Assembly: GCA_964035545.1 (NCBI GenBank)
Contig: OZ037768.1
Coordinates: 22,229,319 to 22,293,318 of the forward strand
DNA length: 64,000 nucleotides
Source: Bugula neritina
Taxonomy: Eukaryota; Animalia; Bryozoa
Direction of reading: 5' to 3'
Positions 37,201 through 51,872 of this stretch are shown in pieces. The notes under the pieces are model-generated. The model was given only the letters and a program-made list of their open reading frames with translations. It searched no databases and was not told where the DNA came from. How positions within the stretch are numbered: position 1 is the stretch's first letter; each line of letters begins with the position of its first letter. A program made the translations under genes and the position numbers.

Positions 37201-40200
37201 ATATTCCAATAGAGTATATTTCAATAGATTGGACTATTCAATTATAATGATTAAACTATGCAGAAGATAAGAAATGCAGTAGAAGTGAAAAGCTCGCTGT
37301 ATATTCTTACGTTATACTTCCATATAATAGTGTCTAAAATTAACATGTTTTGTATGCATATAATATATAATATATGTTATAGCTACATACTATTATATTG
37401 TATACATATACTATAATAATATATAATACCATAAAGACTGTTTTCAAGCTGTTTAGTGCAAAGGATGTTTGCTGAGGCTGTTGATGCCACTGCTGCCGCT
37501 GTTGTTGCTGCCGCTACTGTAAGAGGAGCTGGTTCAGGTGATGGAGTTAGAAATTCTACCTCAGTAAAACTACTCACTAGATCTGGGCTGGGCTACATAA
37601 CAAAGGACGTCATGTGTGAACCGATATACACTGTCAAAGAATTCTAACGTCTGCTACTTATAAAACTAGTATGGGTGTCATTTTATCAATTTGAATAGTA
37701 TTTAGAGTTGTCCGCTCAGGTGAGGGACTAACATCATACATAGCAAATGACTTTTAGCAATGCAATGGTATGCAGTAGTGACTTTGGCAGTCTCCTTCTG
37801 ATTAATTCCGATTGTTAATTATAGACACTTTAAAGCTTTAGAATTTTTTAACTTATAAATAAAACAATAGATTATAGACTGAGCAGTTGGAGTGCTTAGT
37901 ACACATGCACTCATCAGTTTTAGCCCAGGTTGAATAATTTGGCCATAAAGGAAATGAGACAAGCGAAGATGTTAACTAAAAAGCTAAGTGGATTTATCTA
38001 TTCACTCCAACCTTTATATAAACATTTATTCTATGTTGCACCAAGATTAATAACACTGTGCTAATAAGCAGAGGGTCAATTGTAAAACATCACTATGAAT
38101 AAAAAAGATTATTGTTGTATGGCATATAACCTCATTAATTGCACCTTTTTCTTAACTTGGTATTAAACTACTCAACTAACAATACATTATCAGATTTATA
38201 TTTATTTGAAACAACTATTAGCTTACATAAAAGCATTTTTTCTAACTTTAGAAGTTGTGTACCTAAAGGTAGCTGACCTTAGGTAAAACTAGTATTGAAT
38301 GTCACTACTGTAATGCAGTATTACTGCTATATATAACATAACTGTTGCTGTAATAATATTATATTCTATAATATATATTACCAAAATATATATATTACCA
38401 AAATACGCTGCCATACCACAGACATTGCTACTGTATCACTGCTATATATATTATTACTGTTAATTAATACTATACATAGTAATACTAGATTTATGCTATA
38501 TAATGTAATATCATTATGCTTTATTACTATATATATAACTATTACTGTATTACTGCTTACACTTTAGTATAGCTACAACTGTGTTACTATTATGTAAGAA
38601 GTTATTACTGTTTATACATGCTATATGATATAATTGCTAAAATAATATGAAGAAGGAATAATAACTTTAATTCTATAACTAACCTGGGTGGAAGTTGCCG
38701 AATCAAATCCCGTATCACAATCCTAAAATATTCAACAAGAATTCTAAATTACTTGAAAATATAAATTCACTTACATTTCTTAATTTTAACAACTCTAGTT
38801 TTTAAGTACCTTTCTTTTGTAATTGAAAGGGCACATGAAGAGGGAAGATGCACCCTCTACCCTCCTTTTCTTTTAAATATTAGTTATATTTAAGGCTATT
38901 TACTACTCTGGTATGGTAGCCACCCCCCCCCCCCTCAAGTAAAGCTTTACTAATTGTTGGAGCAATACTCTCTGTATTACTAGAATATAAGGCCACATTG
39001 TATTTTCTTTCTCATAGACTGCCACTTGCTCTAGCTATTCAAACTCCTTAAACTGAAATTATGAATATTCAGCAAAATCAATTAATATACTCTATACTCA
39101 CAAATATACTTAATTATTCATACTAAACGATGCTTTTGTGCAATGATGTCGCTATATCAGTACATAAAAGCTGCAGCTCAAGAACAAAAACAAAACAGAT
39201 AAAACACGTATACAACCTAATAATAATTATATAAACAGTATATTCAAGCATATACTCCTTGGGTTATTATCTTTTTCAATGCCTATGAATATAAATAAAC
39301 TTTTTTGCATGTATAAAAAGTCAAAAATCAATAAAAAAATTTACATTTTCAGTTGCTTAAGTACTTGAACCTTGATTGAACTGTGAAAAGCGCACTGCTG
39401 CTTGGAGAGGGGATATTATTTTTTCACGCTTGAAGAATCCCTGACGCACTTCATTTACCCAGTATGCATTAAAATATATACTTCATTTATCATCTACAGA
39501 CTGTTTGAGCGTTGGATGCTCAAACAGTTTTGTTTTATAATAAATGCTGCTCTGATATTGATGACTTTCCAGGTTGGCTTTGAAGTCTGTTGTATTATAT
39601 AATTAATACTAATTAATGCTGACTTTCATTGCATGCTATTCTTAGCTGCTGCTACTGACAGCTTAATCACTGAGTTGGCTTGAAAGTTTGAACTTTAAAC
39701 TTTGAAGTAAGCTCAGTGATTAGGCTGTGTGTTGCAGCAACTAGGACTAGCATATGCAATAATTAGCAAAAGTGTCGGGATCCTTTAACAACTACAGGCC
39801 ATACGCGCCTTTTCATGTTCTTAGAGTATTGTTTCAAATGCTATAAAGACGACACCATTTCCAGTTAAATTGTAAAATCAGTGAAATAGTTTTGCACTAT
39901 AATGTGTATATGCAAAGAAATAAAATGCTAATAAGCAATTCTAATTATAAATGATGTGTATTCATATATCACTGTGGCTACGTAAAATAAAATAAAATGT
40001 TATCTATGATCTACATAATATGTACATTAATTATTATTATTATTATTATAATTATATAATACTTCTATATACATATCCCAATAATGACTAATATATGCAC
40101 ACTAGAGATAAACATTATGCTGGTACACAAATTTCTTAACTATATTTACTTACATAAGGTTTTGTTTTCACATAAATTTACTAACATTTAATTTTATTAT

Positions 40201-42487
40201 ACATATTAAAGAAACTATGTAGTATTTTTTATAATTTTATATATGTCTCTTCTACAGATCTGTTTTCTTATATACTTACAACTATACTTATTGTATAGAT
40301 TGAATGTAGTTTCTGTATTTCACAGTTCTTTCTTTTACATACATGAGCTGTGTAGCTTGTAATACAGTAGGTACGATAATGCGTTTAGTAACTAACTGTA
40401 TCTATATGTGGTACACTGTAAATAGTAATTCACCAAATAGTAACTTACACTGTAAATAATAAGTCACCAAACAGTAACTTACACTGTAAATAGTAAGTCA
40501 CCAAACAGTAACTTACACTGTAAATAATAAGTCACCGAAGAGTAACTTACACTGTAAATTGTAAGTCACCGAAGAGTAACTTACACTACGAATAGTAAGT
40601 CACTGATGGGTAACTTACACTACAAATAGTAAATCACTGAAGAGTAACTTACACGTTCACTTGCCGAGCTGAAGCTGGAAGACCAAGAGCTCTTCATAAG
40701 ACTGTTGGTGTGAATTCTGTTGCCATAATAAATCTGGTGGTCGATCAGGTCGTAATCTGGGCGGTCAACTACAAGCGCTATTACTTTATCTTGACGTAAG
40801 CAGCGCGCTACCTGGGCACATGTCATCAATATAGCCTGTCTACCATCAACTTCGACGAGTTTGTCACCAACCTGCAGTCTCCCGTCCTACAAATGTTATG
40901 TAGAGTAAGAATTTAGCCTATAGATGTAAAATGGCGATATGAAGACAGCCTACCTATTGTAGTTCATACCGCATTACAAAATTTTTCTAAAAATTATTCT
41001 TTTTTATGTTGCAAGTGGATCATATAACACTCCTAATATCTGCATATTTAAGCTTACAGCTTTAAATATAATTTTGAAAAATAATATTACATAATAATCG
41101 TCAAACACGATTTGGGAACAAAACTCCAGACTTTTATGCTGTAAAGTCTCTTGGGCGATACGCTTCAGCGATTTTACTTTTAAAGCTCTTCAACTGGGAT
41201 ACTAGTTATAGTACAGTATGGTGGTAGCTGGCAACCATGGTAACTTATGAAACATTTTTTAAGAGAATTACTCATCAAAACAGTTAGTCCTGATACTGCA
41301 AGCGGCTTTTTAATTTCCTTTAAAGATTTTGCAGTTTGCTCAACAGTTTAGAGACAAAGATACTTGATTTACCACAGTGTACTATCATTGCTAGACACGC
41401 TACGATGATAAAGGTGTTCTACATTGTTACTTCAACAAATACATAAGTAGGGCAAGTTTCTCAAATATAGTTAGTATAATAGTATTGTTTAATAAGGAAA
41501 TTTGTATGCTATAGCTGTATTATATTATATTTCATGCCTTATTTTCATTTCCTCTGAATGCATTGGAATTTAAAGAGGTTGAGAAACTTAAAATCTTGGA
41601 GATGATTTTATATGCTGGGTTATAAAAATAGCTCAGTTTTATAATTGAAATTGTACAATGTTCAAATCTCTGAGGTATATACTGGCTTCCTGATGTGCAG
41701 TTGCTAAGCAATGACTCAAATAATAATAAATAGAATATTGATTTTGTTAGCCTAAATGAAAAGAAACTTTAATACACTAATAATAACCATTTTTGAAATA
41801 CAGTATTAAGCTTGCAGATGTTAGTTTTGTAAAACTGGTAAACTGCTGTAATCAGTGTACTGTATAGCTATTGTATGTAACTAGTATAACTTTTACGAAG
41901 ACTGTTGTGGGTTACTGTAGAACTGATTAATTAAATTACGTTGTACTATCACTATTATAGAGAAAGAAATTGTTAAAATATACCATTAACTGTAAATCAG
42001 AGCAGTGTATTAATTTCATAGTCATCTGAAATGCTAGACAGAATGGAATAGACGTGATACTTGATGCTAACATTATTCAAGACAAAATAATAGTCATACA
42101 ATCCAATTCAATGCCCAATAACAGGAACATGTATCTTCCTTCATAAATAATTCCACTGACCTTTTCATTTAGGTGCAGTGATAGAAAAAAATTTTCAATA
42201 GCTTAAGTTCTTAAACGTTCCTAGTAAATTTAAGTTTTAGCAATGGGTTGAAATTTTGCAAGAACATCATTTTTATACTAAATTTCTTATTTGGAACCCA
42301 GGCTTTTGTAAGTTACAAAATATTTCTCTATTGACTGCATCTACCTCACCTTTTCCGCTGTTCCCCCAGGCAGCAGAGCTCTTATGGCAATCCCAGAACC
42401 CCTGGAGCCTACTATGGTGATGCCACACCCATCCACGGAATCACACGGTAAATGCAGCTCAAACTCTGCTACTGTCGGTAACCTCAT
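34290..42487 (-). CDS. Single N-terminal PDZ domain protein with Ser-rich tail, ~6 exons
   Basis: Exon 42487-42350 GCGITIVGSRGSGIAIRALLPGGTAEK joins DGRLQVGDKLVEVDG...IALVVDR (PDZ signature). In-phase downstream exons at ~38722-38684, ~37593-37429, ~36857-36752 and ~34466-34290 (TAG). Confidence 0.78.
35290..35375 (-). mobile_element. SINE/tRNA-like head fragment
   Basis: Minus strand gtagccctagtatagggtaatggttaa...ggttcgaatcctggtggaagccatt; B box present. Confidence 0.5.
40430..40655. repeat. 34-bp repeat, ~7 copies, each holding the PDZ-gene donor
   Basis: Sense-strand gt|GTAAGTtac...gtgacttactattt repeated from the exon end. Confidence 0.9.
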
Positions 42488-44417
42488 GCTGGAAACAGTT
42501 ACAAATTCTAACATGTTGAGAGGAATTCAATGTAAAACATTTTATACAACTTCTGTGCAAATACATGCTACATAATATAAATGCTTTAAAACTAAACTAG
42601 GTTGTAGGTGAAAAAGGCATCATATAGTATAGCCTAAAGTATCATTATATCACAAATTTAAATTGATAATAAATACAAATAATAAATAATAAATAACATA
42701 TAAATAATATTGAAGCTTTATTTTTTGAAAAAATGATAATTTTTTCTTGTGTACAATTGAATGTTGCTAATTGTTTTCACACATTTAAAATGCAATTACT
42801 TTTACCTTTGATCTAAAAAAAGCAGGAATTTATTGTATTTGATGGTCTAAAATTTATGTTGAAATTTTAAAAACACAGTTAGTAGTAATACAAAGAATCT
42901 ACTTACAGTTGAAATATACTGTATACAATCAAATATGTAGCTGGTCTCTTATCTACAGAAGTTACTAACTGACTGACACGCGATCAATCTGAAGCAACTG
43001 AAAGGCACAAAGATGAACAATTAAATATATATTAGACTAGTGTAATGATTGTAACAGTGGAAATACTATAATATATTATTGATTATTAGACAAGATACGT
43101 TGCGTCATATGTGCCTATAGCTCACTTTCTGTTCAGTACTCTAACTTTTATAGCCTATAGGGCTAACATGATAATATGTATTTACTCCCAAGCTAAAAAA
43201 ACAATTTTTATACTGGTTAATTAAATGTCAGGGAGAGAGCGGAGTAGATATGAGGTAACACCCTCAACTTTAGTTGCAAGATATTAACATATGCATATAG
43301 CCTGTAATTCTTGATTACTGTGATATCTACGAAATGGAGGCTTTGTTGAGCCCCCCTCCCCCTATTGCATGGGCTGAGAACTAGCCATTAGTCTGGAAAT
43401 GTCTTCTGCAACATTGGGTAGTCAAGCCAGTTAAAGGGAGTTGTCTATAAGCAATCACAGGTTGGGAGTTCAAAGTTCGGACCTAAATCTTCAACTCCAA
43501 ACTCAAGAACCACATATTACTGCACTCAGCTACCCCTAACTTAAAGCTGCTTATAGAAAGATCTTATCTGAAAGTCTATGGGGCTTGTATGCCTTTTAAT
43601 GAGTTGTGTATGGCAAGTGCAAACAGCAGACTACAAGTAGGTAGATATATATCAGCTTGTAGCAGGTGCACTAGATGAGTGACAGCTTTATGTACTTAAA
43701 ATACTTAATAATGTTTAAAAGTTAATATTTATTCCAACAGTTAGAGTTTGAGATTTAAAGTTCTTTTAATGTTTGGATGAAGAAAAGGTATTTGGAACAT
43801 TTGGTTTGATAGAGATAACTGGAGAATAACTAAATCCTAAAATATTATTCCTAATTAACAAATTATTTTAAAAAGAGTTACCATATGCCACAACAAGTCA
43901 TCGGTTACTTATAACTTACAACTAAAGATAAATTCTACCTATAGAACTTTTGTGCCAGAGACAAGAATATTATCCGTATAGAATAAACGAAGATAGATAT
44001 CAACCTCAGTATATACGTCACACTAGTCACTCTTTAACTTAAAGCATGGTGTACTCTAGGCAGGTGTATGGGAATCACAAGGACAGACTATGTAACGTGA
44101 ATGACAAACAAACCATCTTAAAGAATATTGCAAGCTTATTTTATTGATTTTTTGCTAATTGTATATATATACTTTCAAATCATTTAAATTTCTTTGGTTT
44201 TTGAATCGTGGTGCTTATAAAACATAATATGTTATTAGCAAAATGTGTTATATACAGCTGAGACTTCTCAGTCACTCTAACAGCGCCTTAAACTAACCAT
44301 CAGCTGCCATGATGACTATGTAGAGAGGGAAAAGCAGCATCTCTATGACAACAGACAGCAGCCTACTTACTGCATGGCTGAATATTTATAATATTGTATT
44401 CACTCAGCAAGTGTAGA

Positions 44418-44535
44418 GTCGCTATCCCTGATAGAACCCCTGATAAAAAGTTTAGTATTTCAAACTGACTAAAGGCTTTTTTTGATGTGGCAGAGGAGCA
44501 ATTATAACTGAATGTTCTTTCAAATTAACATCAAA
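44418..44535 (-). mobile_element. SINE 3' fragment
   Basis: cgctatccctg...cccctgataaaa...ggagcaattataactgaatgttct matches the other copies. Confidence 0.6.
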
Positions 44536-46115
44536 TGTGTTTGGAATAAACCATGGTTGTGTCCTTTGTTATTATATAATTATTTAATCCTTGCTATATG
44601 TTATATAATGTTATGTAACATTATATAATTCATTACATAATGATAAGTCCATTATACTACAATCTTATAAAATTTATAGTAGTCATTGTACAATATTATA
44701 TAATTTATTATGTAATGATAAATTTCTATTGTAATATAATGTTATAAAATTTTTACTATTTATTATGCAATCTTGTATGGTTTTAGTTATTAGTTATGTT
44801 GTAGTTAAAAAGCAATGTTGGTTTAAGCTTACAGTTTATACTATTTTTATATGTAATGAAGAATGTATAAACACACCCTCAGTACTTTAAATACAGCATT
44901 TTATGCTCACAGGAACTGGCTATAAGAACATATGGAATTACACCATAATTATAGTCACAGGCTATGTCTAAGTTTTCATGACACATTTCGCTTAGTGCTC
45001 TCCACCCTTACACTTTTGTATTGTTCTCATTGTCCTCATGCTATGTGCACACAAAGATCTTACGCACCTCTGTGTACTTCCAGCCTAATCTGACCCATAT
45101 TAGGTAGACAACTCCGACAAGTATAAATAATATTTTCATAAATATTACTACATGGTGAGCCATCAGCTAAGACAGCTTGGTAGTGGTAGCGTATGTAATA
45201 AAAACAGCAGCTTCTCTGATGGTTTGGGGATACAGTTACTATAAATTTAAATGAAATAGCTCACATGAGGCAAACTTGAGAAATTTTGATAACAGAAAGT
45301 GATTTTTTAAAAAATAAATCAAAACTTTTAATTCATTTAAACTGATTGCTGTAAAATAATTTAACTGCCAATTTCATTTCCTAATTTTGTTGGACGAGAA
45401 GACTATTTTTTTCATTTTTGCGGATCTTGAATTATATGAATAACTAATAAAGATACAACAAATAAATAAATGTCTATAGATGGAAACACAGACAAAGATA
45501 ATTTAGAGTTTTATAATGGTTTATTTTTTCCAATCTTCTTTTTACATTGACTTAGCTTTGTATTTTACATTCTTAAGTTTAAACACGTTTTTGAATTATA
45601 GTTTCATTACTACAGAATTTCAAATCTTAATATTAATTCTTGAATTGCTTGAACAATGTACTGAGTGGTTTCTTTGTTTCATTGAAAAGGTAGCTTTCGC
45701 TTTCCGCAGCCTAGTTCCTGAAATCAAATGAAACAAACTTTAACATACAATATGGAAAGCATCAAGAATGTCACTATAAATTATTATAATTTTTGTACAC
45801 TCTGGAATAATCCAGAAAGGAAAACATATTTTAAATTCTTAGGAGTAGCCAAAATATGTTATATACAAACTCTCTGTTTTACAAGCCAAGAGACGAAAAA
45901 AGTTTTACTGCTATAATGTAAAAAACCTGTATGAAAGCTGATTAAGTTAAACGTATTTGTTACAATTAAATATGTATTGTACAAAGCTATCATCTCTGTG
46001 CTCAAAGTTTTTCACTATGCAAAGTTATCTAACTAGAAAAGAATGAGGCCTATTATGGCTACTACAATCTTGCTGCTTACAGTAGTACTTGATTATTTGA
46101 GTTTATATATAAGCA

Positions 46116-49100
46116 TTACCATGCTATTGCTACTATAATGAGCATTCCAGTCACTGTAGACACAATACTCTGAGGTACAGTTCCCTTGTTTACAGCAGAA
46201 TCCTTCCAGATTATCTCCCATGTAATGGTAACAGTTTTTGCTGCAATAATATTATGCAAAGAAGTAGATAGCAAAGCGAAAACGTTATATTGGTTTAAAA
46301 CCATATATCACCTATAGAATTATTCAAACTTACATAAACCATTGCCAGCTACACATTCTACTCTTTCTGTTACATCATCTGTCCCAGAACCCAAGAGTAG
46401 CTTATGAGATGTTTCTGTGGTTGCAACTCCATTACGTGTCCAGGTAAAAGTAAAGGGTGGCGGGTTGGCATCCACATGTTTGCTACACTCTAGTTCATCT
46501 TCAGTTTGTCCCAGGGTGAAATCCATTATGATTGGACTTTGAACACTTTGTTTTATAGCCAAGTCTGCAGCAATAAAACATTTAAATGTAGGTTTTTCAT
46601 TAACTTATTGATAAAAATGTAAGTTTTTTAAAAAAGATTTATCCTTTACACTCAAGTAACATAATTAAAATATTTGTTGCTCTCACACTGTGGTCTGATG
46701 ATAATGGTCCTTTGAATCCTTTCTTCAGTTGAGTTAGCAGGAGCTGCAGATGCACAAGTTAAATTAAAACCCCCACGATCACTTTTAATCGGTGTATATT
46801 TTCCAGCCACTACTTCGCCATTCACTTCTGAACAAAATAATCAGTCTACTTGTACTAAATGTTAATAATTAAGGGAACAAAACTCTTCGATACATAGAAA
46901 TTAAGGATTTCCAAACCTATTAAATGTAATCATTATAACATAGTGATGAGTGCATGTTAACTATATTATATGATGAATAAAATCTGCAAGCACAAGTTTA
47001 TAATAGCTTTGCTTGAGAATCAGTATGTACATTTTCTATTTCCTTCCAAATTTAATTAAACATAAGTTTTAAAAACAATATTACTAAAGTTTTTATAAAT
47101 GGGTCAGGAACGCCATTTCTCCCAGAACAAAATATTGTTCCAAAATTGTTCGACAGCTACATAAGGTAGATTTGATAATTGGTATATATAATATTATCTA
47201 TTCAACAAGTATTGTATAGTTTTTTTATTTTGAAATATTAAAGTTAAATATTGGTTCAGTATATGGCTAATGATAATAGTTTTGTAGTTTTTTAGTTTTT
47301 ATATTTTAATCTAAGATGACAAGCTTAAAGTTATCCGAAATAGATTTTGTAACAAAACAATTTACCTAGTAAAGTTTTCCTGTTTTATTTCAATTTATCT
47401 CATAAAATACTATTTTTTAATAAGAGTTGGTTTACAAAACATTTGATGCCAAGAAATTTAACTTACATTCTTCCTAGACAGAAACCAGCAATCTGTGTGT
47501 ACTAAACACAGCTATACTTACTGTATTCGTATCTTGAGGAAGGAGCTAATCCTGTAGAGCTACAAGTAAAACTAAATTCCTTTCCTTCCTCAACTTTCTC
47601 TGGCACATTAAAAGTTATTCTGCTAACTGTAAAAATCATTCATCTCCTTAAAAAGGATTTTAGGATTTCAAAATAAACCTGCATAGATATATAGATGAGC
47701 TAAAAGTAAATGACAGTAGAGATAAACACATGAAATATTCTTGGTGGGTCTTGCACAGATAAAGTGAGTAACATTTGAGGATTAAAACATAAAAGTGAAA
47801 AATTTCTGCAATTTTTAATCAGAATATTGTCTATAAAAACATGTTGACCAAATTTCATTCAAAATTAACATGTATAGGTGTAAAGAACTTGGCTAGAAAT
47901 GCTACACAAAACCTCTCAACAGAAACCACAAATGATATATATCTATAATATATATACTAATTATACTACCCATACTGGTGCCACCAACCACCACCTATAA
48001 ATATTACGTAACACGAGAATTTGTAATTGAGATAAATATGAAAGTAATATAAAAGCTAAGAATGATGTACTAGAGTTTGCTAAAATGTCACAACATAAAA
48101 GAAAGCAGTTGCTTGAGAATGTTTACCTTTAATATCGAAAGTGACTGTTTCAGACAGAACTTCCCCCACACCACCACTTCTTTCAAATGCTCTACAATAA
48201 AATTTTCCGCCAAGATTCGAATCAGTAACAGTCAGTCTAACAGTAAGATCAAATCCTCTCGGGTTGCCTACTGAGTTACAGTATGCATTACTGAGTGTAG
48301 GTGCTTCTATCCCAGGGACAACCTTAGTAGCTGGCGCTGATGATACCTCCCAATTTGTTTCGGATTCACTACTTCGAGTACATCCTATTTTGTAGATTTC
48401 GCTGTCTCCATCACCTTCGTAACGTAACTGGAGCCTTCTTAGATTAGTAAAAATCGGATGCTTTACATGTGAATGTTATCACCTCATTTGTGTAGACATT
48501 TGGTGGACTTTGAGATCTGTATTCTATCTTTGTAGATGGTTGTGCTAAACATAGGGATATCAACAGTTCAAATTAAAAAAAATAGAACAAAATTCAACTG
48601 AAAATGAATAGTTTACCAGCCCTAGTTTTAAATACAGCAGTATATTATAGTAGATAGCTTAATAGATGAAACAGAGTTCACTAAAACTAGGCTGTAATTT
48701 TATGTAGTGATATTGTCTGATCAACTCACACAGTGCACATGCACAGTGCACATTTATACATTTCACTTTATTGCAAAACAGAAAGGAAATTTGGTAATGA
48801 AAATTAAGTTGGATAGCTCTGCATGCCGTACAAGTTAAAGATGCTCAATTCAATAGCCTAACACTCTTGAGGCAATATACAAAAGTATATTTATAATATC
48901 GCTTTGGGGGCGTTACCTATCATGCAAAGGTATTTACCCTGTTTGCTTTAAAAATACATTTAGTTTAATACAGTATGAGATAACAAATTGAACAAAATAA
49001 TAGTAAAAGACAAAGCTGTAGTGTATATAAATGAATTGCTTTTAGCCAAATATATTCAGGTAAACTTGTTATATGTAGGTACTTTTAAAACATATCTGGC

Positions 49101-49336
49101 TACACAACAAACAGTTTTTACAATTACATCAGTGTCATGGCAGCTGTGTGATATGATTTATCTCTCAGATAGATGGAGCTGTTGTTGTTAATAAGACACA
49201 TTGGAAGACCTAAAGTTGACTTCTCAGTTACTAACTGCAACAGAGCTATGGAGATACCTAAAGTATATATATATTTACCAATTGTGTAGCCAGATAGAGC
49301 TAACACTAAGAATGTGGTTAACCAGGTGCAATTCAT
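46116..49336 (-). CDS. Immunoglobulin-superfamily surface protein (~3 Ig domains), probably GPI-anchored
   Basis: Signal peptide MNCTWLTTFLVLALSG; Ig motifs GGKFYCRA, VEEGKEFSFTCSS, FNLTCAS, LECSKHVDANPPPFTFTWTRNG...VECVAGN; hydrophobic C-terminus ending at a stop. The 5' exon joins are not fully resolved. Confidence 0.75.
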
Positions 49337-50245
49337 TCTCCTAAAAACAAGAAGTAGTGGTGAAAAACATTCACTTAACTTATAATTCTACCAATAGCAC
49401 AATAACTTTTTTTATCAAGAGAATGTTTTTAAGAGAGAAAACATTGCTGAAAGATGAACAATTTAGAAAAGTTTATGACGAATAAAATAAATCTTTATAG
49501 GAAACAAGTTTCTAGCCAGGTTAGGATTTGCAAAATCTGAGATATAAAATGATAAACCCAATCAATCTAAATTCAAAATTATACAGGATAGCCTGCTACT
49601 AACAAATAGACAATTACTGTTTAAATATGTTCAACATACAAGCAACTGGAAGTGAACCTTCTCTCTCTCAACAGATCTTGTAAACTTTTCAACTTCTCAC
49701 TGAAACAGCTCCCAGGGAAGGAATTAATTATCAATAAGGAATATCAGCTTACAGAAAAGTAAATATAACTTATAAGCTGTTCAACAGCTGACTGCTCATC
49801 TAAACCAAGTTCCAACACACTTTGTATTGTTGCATACCATGTCAGTATGTAATAACAATTGTTTGATAATTTAATGATAACTTATTTGCTAATAGGGAAA
49901 GATCCAAACTGGAATGTAATTATATATAAACTATGTAATGAAAACAATTAGCACTGGGTAACACCAGGTAATGCTTCAAAGTTCTAAATTGCAAGTGGTA
50001 ATATCAGACCTCTGTTTACAGTTTCTCTCTCCAATACATGTGTCACTATAGGCCAGCAGCTAACACTCTTGCCAGCAAATACTGCCATGAGTAATTAACA
50101 GCAGATGTCCAGACTAGCAAACAATTATTGCTGACAGTTCAGTCTGTTAATTGATAGAGACAGAAGTGACAAAAGATTTCATTATATTATTTTTAAGCAT
50201 AACTCCAAACTCCAACAGTTCGAAAAATTTTGGCAGATCATCTAC

Positions 50246-50280
50246 AAACACACACGCACACACACTCGCACACATTTTCG

Positions 50281-50350
<70 letters not shown>

Positions 50351-50387
50351 CACACACACTCACACACACACACACACACGCACACAT
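50246..50387. repeat. (CA)n microsatellite
   Basis: Imperfect CA run. Confidence 0.97.
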
Positions 50388-50907
50388 AAAAACATTGATC
50401 AGCGAAGTAGTGAGAGTTGTCTTTTCTAAGTTGAATGTCCCTTTCTGTAATGCTACAACTATCGCTATACAGTCTAAAATGCAGGAGTTGTCTTCTAACT
50501 ATGTCTGCATGGCTTTATATGAAGTTTTGTTATTTCCAATTAGAATGAGTGCTTGTAGCTGCGCTTGTAGGCTTCATCTATAAACAACTAAAATAGATCG
50601 CTTTGAAATTGCTCTGAGACAGAGTAGAAACAGTTTTGTACCATATACATCTAGAAGGCCAAAAAAAAAATCAAAATTCTGTAACATTTTCATACCAGCA
50701 AGCATGGATGTTTTTCAGGCTTTCCAGCTTGTCTCATCTATTTATAAAGAAAACTAAAAATTGGCCTTCAGAATAGTATTTGTTTGCATATGTTTCCTCT
50801 CAAAGACCCCCAGCAGGTTGCAATGGAGTGCTATTCATACATGTGTTAATACTTCAACTTGGAAAGTACTCATAACTCAATAAAAAAAACTCAGACAAGT
50901 TTACATT

Positions 50908-51091
50908 CGCTATCCCTGTGAGAGAACTCTGATGGAAAAGGTTTTTGTTAGAATGGGCTAAGAAGTTGTTCAGATAAGGCACAGGAGCAATTATGACTGG
51001 ATGCTCTTCTTAACATCACCAATGGCCTTGTCCGGGCTCGAACCACTGACCTCGTGTTTACTAAGCAAACGCTCAAACCCCTAGACCACAT
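50908..51091 (-). mobile_element. tRNA-derived SINE copy
   Basis: A box TGGTCTAGGGG and B box GGTTCGAGCCC on minus, followed by the shared body. Confidence 0.88.
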
Positions 51092-51543
51092 AACTCAAAA
51101 AGATTAGTAATAACTCCTTTTCTCAACACCCAGCTAACGTTTGTGCTGTATTGGTAGCTGTTTGAGTCATGAATTAGTAAAATAAGGGCCTTGACATTGG
51201 CTCAGATTTAGTGAAAGTTTTAGTGAAAGATCTATTTCAACATACCTCTAAATTGTTTTGAGCTTCTTTAAAAGTATGCACTGAAGTTTTTCAGACAGAT
51301 CTTCTAACTGTTGCATTATCACAACATTTTTTAATTTACTCTAATCTGTTTCATGTAAGATTCAAATAATAGTTCAAGATAAGTCCAGCTATTTTCACAA
51401 GCTAGTTTCCCGTGGGTTTCATTAGCTTCCAGCTAGCAAACTTTTGTTTTCTGTATTTAATGACTCTCTTGGTGACAGCAATGATGACTGTTATACCGAC
51501 ATATTCTGTTGGATGTTTTGTATAAAACTGGTTTTTTTAGATA

Positions 51544-51872
<329 letters not shown>

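Noticed and set aside
38828-38940. C-rich MITE-like fragments (also ~22965-23000, ~43340-43375)
   Set aside because: No paired TIRs or TSDs could be defined.
39360-39590. Possible extra exon of the PDZ gene
   Set aside because: Stops occur in the compatible frames, and the flanking exons join in phase without it.
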